A stretch of DNA of 64,000 nt, taken from positions 32,001 through 96,000 of the IMG/VR virus record IMGVR_UViG_3300035698_007036; one strand, given 5' to 3'. Shown here one piece after another: positions 57,156 to 64,000 of the stretch (position 1 is its first letter; every line of letters begins with the position of its first letter). Below the pieces are notes generated by a model. The model searched no databases, was not told the origin of the DNA, and saw only the letters and a program-made list of their open reading frames with translations. A program made the translations under genes and the position numbers. This DNA comes from a virus.

Positions 57156-60083
57156 ATGGACGCAACATATGTTAGTAGTAGTAGTTTTAAGGTGGCGGAG
57201 GATAAGACATTAGAATTTATAACTGATAGACGCGTCAAATTGGATTGTGGCGTTTCTGGGATAGTATACACCAATATAGTATCCAGTTCTTACGCTATTG
57301 GGTTTACTACCGTTGTCATAGATGAGTCATCCTTAGACTCTAATTTAATAACAGCTCTTTATGGTGTAGTTGCTCCTGGAGAGACTGGGAGTTTACCAAC
57401 CCATTCACACGACGGATCAGAAGGTAGTGGTGGTGGTTTAACAATAAGTGGTTCAGCTTCAACATTATTGGATCTTACAGATACTCCGTCTATTTATGAT
57501 GACGGTAAGTACCTTCGTTCCACTTCTGATGGTACAGAGTGGGCCACGGTTTCAGGCGGTTCAAGTGTTGCGTCCTTCTTAGATTTAACTGACACACCTT
57601 TAGCCTATGACACTGGTAAATATGTTGTTTCTACCGCTTCAGGCATTGAGTTTTCTGACTATAGTATAAATTCGGCCAGCACAGATTTTGTGGCCAGGCG
57701 GTTGTTAGCAGATTATGATTTAGATAATGAAACACTAAGCGACACTATAACATTAGACCCTACAACACAAGATAGAGTAGTTATTGAAGTAGAGAGTATG
57801 GATACAAATGGCGGAGCTCCATATGTACAGCTTAACGGAGACTCTGGTTCTAATTATACTTATGGTTATGTCGGTCAGGATGGGGCTAATACCATCCAAA
57901 ATTCAGGACCAGCAACCAGTATTGGACTTGGTAGTGGTAACAGAGAGAGTTGTGCATCAATAACTGATCTATTCTTAAAAAAGACTGGTAATTATAGGAG
58001 TGCTATTGTACAACGAGCAGATTATGAAACAACAAATACTGACAGTATAATAATAAACGTTCATTATTACTGGGCAAATACAGCAGATGACGTGACCAGT
58101 TTAGTTCTTGCAACGGCTGGGAATGTAACTGGAACCGTAAAAGTTTATAGTTACGAAAACATAGATGTGCCTACAGTCAGTGGTATTGACGGTGCCGATG
58201 GGGCCGATGGGTCTGACGGGGCTTCCACATTTTTGGAATTAAATGATACCCCAACAACTTACTCAGGAACTGAGGGACAGTATCTTGTCTCGACCGCTTC
58301 AGGCATAGAGTTCACTGACATAGCTTTAGTTGAATCAAATTTTAAAGCTTATGAGTTGGTAGTAGAATATGATTTGAGTGGTGAGGCTTTAAATGAGACT
58401 ATTTCTAGTGTGTCTGGTGATACCAATGATAGGTGGATGATTGATTATAATTTACTAGATACGTCAGGATCAAATAATGCTATTCATCTCAGCTTTAATG
58501 GTGACACAGGGACTAATTACTATGTAGGTAATATAGCGGAGAGTAACGATGCAGCAACAGCTGGGCATGACATCGGACTTACCTATACCCAGTTGGCATA
58601 TGCTTATGCAAACACAGCGGTAAATGGTTACGCCAATCTTTATCTTGAAACTGGTGCCCCTAGATCTGTTCACTCGTTTATGTCTAGAACAACCACAACT
58701 GATGCTGCTAAACATTTACTATATTATGGTTCAACTTGGTCGAATACAGTGGACGAAGTTTCGACTATTGAAATAACTTCTGCTGGAGCACTAACTGGTA
58801 AGATAAGATTATACAAATTCAAAGAAGTATCTATACCTGTCAAGCCAGCATCTTTAACTGAGTCTACTTTCTATGCTGATGAACTGGTTAAAGAATGGGA
58901 TTTAACAGCATCAGGTATAGATGAGGTATTCGATTGGGACGGTGAGAATGAAGAAGCTCATATGGAATTTGCTGTTACGAATAATACTTCCGCTATGACT
59001 TTCGTAGTCAGGCCTAATAGTGATACCTCCGCTACTTATGGTTTTTCCGCCCAGTATGTTACAGACACACCATCTGCTACTCAGTCCTGGAATGCTGATT
59101 TGGCTTGGGAGGGTCTTGCTGTAGCCGCTACAGGTGGTACAGACACAATGTATTTTAGAGGTTATTTTAACTCTAGTCTTAAAAAAGCTTCAGGAGGTCG
59201 TACTGGATATACTTGGCATGCAAGATCGGATAGTAATAGACAAGGTTACTATCTAACTAAATGGGATGATTCAAGTTCTTTAGTAACATCTTTACAGATA
59301 TATTTAACTGGGGCTCCCTCTGGATCAGTTAAACTGTTTAAGAAAAAGAAAGTGGCCTTACCTACAGTAGAGACAGAAGTAAATCTATACCGTGGTAAGC
59401 AGTCTATCAAGGTTAATTGGGCCACAGCTTCAGGTGTTGATTGTCTGCCTGGTAATGTAGAAATAGGTGGAACACTTTACAATATAGCCACTACTGTCAG
59501 TAAGGACGTGACGAGTTTGGACGTCAGTACCTGGTATTATGTGTATATCGATCCACCATCAACAGGAATTTCTTTGGATGAGGGGGATGTAGAATATTCT
59601 ACCACTGCTCCTACTCAAAATACTACACTTATGGGCCAGTATAATGGGAGCAAGAGATGTATAGGTGCTTTCTATTCTGATGTCTCTAGTAATATAGTAG
59701 AATTTTTTAACTCAAGGGGTTATGTAGAATGGACTTCAGGCGTACCATTGGATCAAACTGATCGATTTCCCAGTAATGTTTGGACCGATCAATCCCTTAT
59801 AGTCCCACTTTGGGCAGATGGAGCAGTTAGTCTACTTGTTGCTGGCCAAAGTGTTAATTCAGAGGCTGGTTCTTTGTATATTAGGACTAATGGGACTAGC
59901 GGTAATGGTATATGGTGCGGTTACGTTTATACATCCAGCTTACGAACCGAGGTGGTAGTCGATTTAACTTATGATTCTACCGGGAAAGTCGAAACCAAAT
60001 TTAATGCGGTGGCGGCAACTTCCAAGTTTGATTTGTATAATATGGGACATTTTATTCCAGACGATATCTATACAGGAGTATAA
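57156..60083 (+). CDS. Tail fibre-like protein with internal repeats (975 aa)
   Basis: Three xLxLxDTP..G(K/Q)Y..GxE(F/W) repeats, a short GxD collagen-like run and three (L/F/P)N(G/S)D..Y domains. Confidence 0.7.
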   Translation: MDATYVSSSSFKVAEDKTLEFITDRRVKLDCGVSGIVYTNIVSSSYAIGFTTVVIDESSLDSNLITALYGVVAPGETGSLPTHSHDGSEGSGGGLTISGSASTLLDLTDTPSIYDDGKYLRSTSDGTEWATVSGGSSVASFLDLTDTPLAYDTGKYVVSTASGIEFSDYSINSASTDFVARRLLADYDLDNETLSDTITLDPTTQDRVVIEVESMDTNGGAPYVQLNGDSGSNYTYGYVGQDGANTIQNSGPATSIGLGSGNRESCASITDLFLKKTGNYRSAIVQRADYETTNTDSIIINVHYYWANTADDVTSLVLATAGNVTGTVKVYSYENIDVPTVSGIDGADGADGSDGASTFLELNDTPTTYSGTEGQYLVSTASGIEFTDIALVESNFKAYELVVEYDLSGEALNETISSVSGDTNDRWMIDYNLLDTSGSNNAIHLSFNGDTGTNYYVGNIAESNDAATAGHDIGLTYTQLAYAYANTAVNGYANLYLETGAPRSVHSFMSRTTTTDAAKHLLYYGSTWSNTVDEVSTIEITSAGALTGKIRLYKFKEVSIPVKPASLTESTFYADELVKEWDLTASGIDEVFDWDGENEEAHMEFAVTNNTSAMTFVVRPNSDTSATYGFSAQYVTDTPSATQSWNADLAWEGLAVAATGGTDTMYFRGYFNSSLKKASGGRTGYTWHARSDSNRQGYYLTKWDDSSSLVTSLQIYLTGAPSGSVKLFKKKKVALPTVETEVNLYRGKQSIKVNWATASGVDCLPGNVEIGGTLYNIATTVSKDVTSLDVSTWYYVYIDPPSTGISLDEGDVEYSTTAPTQNTTLMGQYNGSKRCIGAFYSDVSSNIVEFFNSRGYVEWTSGVPLDQTDRFPSNVWTDQSLIVPLWADGAVSLLVAGQSVNSEAGSLYIRTNGTSGNGIWCGYVYTSSLRTEVVVDLTYDSTGKVETKFNAVAATSKFDLYNMGHFIPDDIYTGV

Positions 60084-60086
60084 AGT

Positions 60087-61088
60087 ATGCCAACAGACAC
60101 TTGCTATGCCACCTGGGTAGAATCAAATACCCAATGGATTGATTACGATGACCAACAGTGGGGAGAGTGTCTACCAGGGCTGCTTAATCAAATATGGACA
60201 GATACAACTCTATATGTTTATGCTGCTTTAGACCTTGGTTTTGAGGTTATAGACATAGTAACAGAGAATAAAGTAGCCTACATAGATTATAGTGGAGGGT
60301 TCTCTACAGTGTGGGCTAATGATACTATTGTTTTCTTGGGCACATCTACAAATGGTATTAGTATTTTATATAAGACAGATATAATAGCAGATAGTCCTCC
60401 CACTGATTTAGCAAGCTATTCACAAAGTTTAAATTTTTTTTATGGGACGTCATCAAATAATATAAGATATCTACATGGTAATAATGATTTTCTGTTGTGC
60501 GTTACTGACACAGAGGTGGATATATTAAAGCTGGATAACAATACGTATAGAAGTTCAAGTACAACAGTAAGTGGCAATGCTTACAAAGGTTTTATGACGT
60601 CAACAGGTAAATTTTATTACACCACAGTGAGCCCTCAGTGGTCTGTAAATCGCGTAGATAAGCCTATTATGGATTGGACCACCCCCCACGCTACTTATGT
60701 TGCTGATGGCACAATACTGGCCTCTGGTATAGCTATAAATGATATATTTGTAACCGAGGGAACCTCATCTAATGGAATAGATAATGTGCTTTTGATAGCC
60801 ACGAGTTCAGGCGTGTATGTAATAGACGAAAATGATTCATTTGATATCTATAATACAACCGGTTCTGGCTACTCAATAGTACCTGGTCTGTCTAGTAACT
60901 TCACAGCTGTTTGGGCTGATGAAAACTCTAGCCTATCGAGTGGGAAGTTATATGTAGCTAGTGAAGATGCTTTCACTATAATAGATTTAGAAACAAAAAC
61001 AGTATACGATAGATATACACAAGAACTAAAGGGTAGAGGTAATGAAGTCCTAGATACTGATGGAATAATAGATATAAACGTAGTATAA
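60087..61088 (+). CDS. Virion protein, beta-propeller-like (333 aa)
   Basis: Blade-like repeats LYVYAA..GFEVID, VFLGTSTNGISIL, LLIATSSGVYVID and LYVASEDAFTIID. Confidence 0.6.
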   Translation: MPTDTCYATWVESNTQWIDYDDQQWGECLPGLLNQIWTDTTLYVYAALDLGFEVIDIVTENKVAYIDYSGGFSTVWANDTIVFLGTSTNGISILYKTDIIADSPPTDLASYSQSLNFFYGTSSNNIRYLHGNNDFLLCVTDTEVDILKLDNNTYRSSSTTVSGNAYKGFMTSTGKFYYTTVSPQWSVNRVDKPIMDWTTPHATYVADGTILASGIAINDIFVTEGTSSNGIDNVLLIATSSGVYVIDENDSFDIYNTTGSGYSIVPGLSSNFTAVWADENSSLSSGKLYVASEDAFTIIDLETKTVYDRYTQELKGRGNEVLDTDGIIDINVV

Positions 61089-61099
61089 GGAGATAAAGT

Positions 61100-62701
61100 A
61101 TGGCACTAGTGGGCTGGAATCCTGCTCAGAAATTAGCACTGACCATAGATAATTCAAAAGTGGATGAGGATCTAATCGATTTCCCTATCAATATCGCTTT
61201 AACCTCTAATACTGGTATAGGAGGATTTGATGCTGTAGATATTTTTGACAAACTTTCCTATGCTGATAGGCATCATATCGTAGTTACTGATTCTAATGAT
61301 AACAAGCTTTACACAGAGATAGCTTATTGGGATTCTATAAATGAAAAAGCGTCTCTTTGGACTAAAGTGCCTACGGTTTCTTCTGGGACTGATACAGACT
61401 TATACTTATACTACGATGCTGCTGCCACTACTGCTTCTGGTTACACCAACGACACTGGTACGATCCAGGCCAAAGCTGTATGGGACTCTAATTTTGTTGG
61501 CGTTTGGCATATGAATCAAGATCCAGGTATTGGTGGGGCTTGTATATTAGATTCAACTTCGAACGAATTACACGGTACTCCTAATGGCTCCATGACGTCC
61601 GCTGATTTGGTAGATACCAACTATGGTATGAAAGCTATAGATTTTGATGGTTTAAATGACTATATAAATGTACTGGATAACTCCAAATTAGATCTAACTA
61701 CCGCACTCACAATGGAAGCTATAGCAAGACCACAAGACTGGTCTTTAGAATCTTATCAAAAGATATTATGTAAGACGGATAATGCTAATACGAGTCCATA
61801 CTTTATTCAAACAGACAACTCTGTAGTTACAACCGGCAGCTTTTACTATGGGGAATATATAAGTGGGGCGTACAGAAGTGCTAGGACGACGACTGGACTA
61901 CCCGAGAATGCTGACTATTATTTAGCTGGTACCTATAACGGCAGCACCAATCAAGGATATTTAAATGGGATACCAGGTGCGGTTTATAACATAGCTGGTA
62001 GTATAGACACATCAGGTTACCCATTAAGGTTTGGAGGTGAATATTTTACAAATAATTTTTTTGATGGTTATATCAATGAAATTAGGATATCTAAATCTGT
62101 AAGAACTCCAGGATGGCTTAAGACCACATATTACTCTAACTGGGATGACTTGTTAACTCTTAGTAGTGCTCTTTGGGCTAATTTTTATTTTTCTAACCCC
62201 ACACCTTCTGGAATTACGGTATACGGGGTTACTGAACCTCTTTACATAAATGTCACAATCAGCGGGTCCGAACCATCCTTTATGTACGATGCTGTATTTT
62301 ATGATGTCGGAGATGTCCAAATAGGTTCTACCATTTCAGGATCAAGTAGTGGTAGTCAAGTGACAAGAACTCTTGACACACCGTCTGGCACATCTTATAG
62401 TTGGTATGTAACTGCTACAACTTTAGGTCTTAATGACACAAGCCCGATTTATACCTTTGACAATAGGTTTATGTGTGAAGGATACGCTTCAGTTAACAGT
62501 GTCAGAGCGTCTGGGATACCAATAAGACTCTATAGAAGGAGTGATGGTGAGTTAGTAGACTCTGTGACCACGACTGGCACAGATGGTACGTTTCAAATCG
62601 AGACCACTTATAATGAATATCATTATGCGGTCGCCTTATACACAGATGACACAACAAACGCCTTGATCTATGACTACTTGACACCTTCCGGGATAAACTA
62701 A
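61100..62701 (+). CDS. DUF2341-like plus LamG (concanavalin-like) virion protein (533 aa)
   Basis: LYTEIAYWD..LWTKVP..LYLYYD, VGVWHM, AIDFDG..DYI and FFDGYINEIRIS. Confidence 0.8.
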   Translation: MALVGWNPAQKLALTIDNSKVDEDLIDFPINIALTSNTGIGGFDAVDIFDKLSYADRHHIVVTDSNDNKLYTEIAYWDSINEKASLWTKVPTVSSGTDTDLYLYYDAAATTASGYTNDTGTIQAKAVWDSNFVGVWHMNQDPGIGGACILDSTSNELHGTPNGSMTSADLVDTNYGMKAIDFDGLNDYINVLDNSKLDLTTALTMEAIARPQDWSLESYQKILCKTDNANTSPYFIQTDNSVVTTGSFYYGEYISGAYRSARTTTGLPENADYYLAGTYNGSTNQGYLNGIPGAVYNIAGSIDTSGYPLRFGGEYFTNNFFDGYINEIRISKSVRTPGWLKTTYYSNWDDLLTLSSALWANFYFSNPTPSGITVYGVTEPLYINVTISGSEPSFMYDAVFYDVGDVQIGSTISGSSSGSQVTRTLDTPSGTSYSWYVTATTLGLNDTSPIYTFDNRFMCEGYASVNSVRASGIPIRLYRRSDGELVDSVTTTGTDGTFQIETTYNEYHYAVALYTDDTTNALIYDYLTPSGIN

Positions 62702-64000
62702 ATGACTGATTACATCAAACCACCGTATAGCAACCTCCCTTTTACCTTTGGAACTGGGGGATATACGGCCCCAGACTTCAATGATGTTGATTTTCAGTTT
62801 AAAGCACGTGCTATAGTGTCTACTTATGCAGATATGGGAGCCTCTATTGTAGGTGTTAGAGACTACCTTAAAGATTGTCCTACGTATGTGGTAGGTTATG
62901 GCAAATACGGTGTACAGGTTATACAAGGTAAGTGTATATATGGCGGAGTAAGAGATCTAGGGGCTTACATAACAGGTATTAAGCATAGAGGCCAATCCGA
63001 TTTAGGGTCAATGATTATAGGTCTCAGCTCAATAGTCCATACCAATGCGGGCATTTTGGCCAGCATCTACGGTTGGAACGCATCTGATTTACCGTCTTAT
63101 ATCTTCCCCAAAATTAGAGAAATTAGTAATTTGTCAGGTTATATAGGGGCTCATGACCCTGTAGATCTTGGGGCTGTTATATCTGTATTACAATCGGGCA
63201 ATTTATTAGCATCAATTTATCCTATTGCTGGAGGAGATCTGAATGCTTACCTAAAAGTCTATCCACAAAGGGATTTTCCGGCCAGTATCTATGGTTGGGA
63301 GGAGCGGGATTTAACTGCTTCCATTAATTCTATGATAGCCTATGATTTAGGAGCTACTATAGGTGGACATGATCCTAGAAATTTAACTGCGTGGATAAAG
63401 GGTTGGGTTAGAGAAGCCACACACGATCTTGGTGCTCATATTTTAGGTTATACCTATGGAGGTCTTGGTGCCTCTATTAGATCTACTTACCTGGCCGATT
63501 TGGGAGCCCTACTTAATCCAGTATTACCTAGAGACTTGACAGCCAATCTACATGGTTGGCAGTTATATGGTTTGAGTGGGTCAATAAACGGCATCACGCT
63601 TGATACAGATTTGTCTGCATCAATCAATGCTACTGGTGGCTTTAGTAATCTTAATTCCTATATTAGATGTATGTACGGGTCCAATATAAAAAATGACCTG
63701 TCAGCCAGTATTTCGTCTTGGTATACACAGAATTTAGGGGCCAGATTGAATACTATATTTCCTGGCAATTTAGGGGCGTATATTAATCCAGCTGGAGGGA
63801 GTAGCCATATTTCCGCATCTATTTACCCTAAGATGATAAAATTAACTACTATAATTTCCTTTGTAACTATGGAACATAGTGATATGTCCGCCACCATTAA
63901 TATTTGTATGGGGTCAGAGTCTAAAAATATGCCTGCTTATCTACGAGCGTTAGCTAAGGGAGATCTAGGTGCCACTATAGTAGGTCTTTGGGATTTGAAT
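62702..64000 (+). CDS. 3'-truncated ORF (>433 aa, absent from the ORF track) built of ~12-aa (D/N)LxAxI repeats; probable fibre or beta-solenoid protein
   Basis: ATG at 62702 follows the previous stop directly. Hand translation (MTDYIKPPYSNLPF..DLGAYI..DLGAVI..NLLASI..DLTASI..DLGATI) shows no stop up to the window end. Confidence 0.85.
   Translation, partial: MTDYIKPPYSNLPFTFGTGGYTAPDFNDVDFQFKARAIVSTYADMGASIVGVRDYLKDCPTYVVGYGKYGVQVIQGKCIYGGVRDLGAYITGIKHRGQSDLGSMIIGLSSIVHTNAGILASIYGWNASDLPSYIFPKIREISNLSGYIGAHDPVDLGAVISVLQSGNLLASIYPIAGGDLNAYLKVYPQRDFPASIYGWEERDLTASINSMIAYDLGATIGGHDPRNLTAWIKGWVREATHDLGAHILGYTYGGLGASIRSTYLADLGALLNPVLPRDLTANLHGWQLYGLSGSINGITLDTDLSASINATGGFSNLNSYIRCMYGSNIKNDLSASISSWYTQNLGARLNTIFPGNLGAYINPAGGSSHISASIYPKMIKLTTIISFVTMEHSDMSATINICMGSESKNMPAYLRALAKGDLGATIVGLWDLN

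Noticed and set aside
500-62926. Numerous minus-strand ORFs in the track
   Set aside because: All are antisense to long + strand genes and have no recognisable motifs. They are shadow ORFs produced by codon bias.
1-64000. tRNA/rRNA genes, DGR template or variable repeats, stop-codon recoding
   Set aside because: Intergenic gaps are all under ~70 bp, I noticed no adenine-variant repeat pair, and the genes tile the window under the standard code.

Overview
This window is a gene-dense virion morphogenesis region (tail, baseplate, fibres) of a large tailed dsDNA phage, probably jumbo-type. All supported genes are on the + strand, use the standard genetic code and often have strong AGGAG(G) ribosome-binding sites; the host cannot be determined. 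A ~24.1 kb ORF (~8,040 aa) with a phage tail tape-measure (TP901-type) core dominates the window. Reading the protein directly shows that its N-terminal half carries, in the correct order, the conserved motifs of a two-barrel RNA polymerase: beta-like motifs, then beta'-like motifs including DFDGD and a trigger-loop His. A RecB-like PD-(D/E)XK nuclease follows. The protein therefore looks like a tape measure fused to a single-chain RNA polymerase and a nuclease, plausibly delivered into the host on infection. Downstream are hub, spike and tube-like genes, Ig-like, LamG, discoidin and DUF2341 fibre proteins, a degenerate ThDP decarboxylase (ComD/ComE-like) pair, a free-standing GIY-YIG nuclease, several Zn-ribbon proteins and a truncated repeat ORF at the right edge. 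All assignments come from motif recognition by eye; no searches were run.
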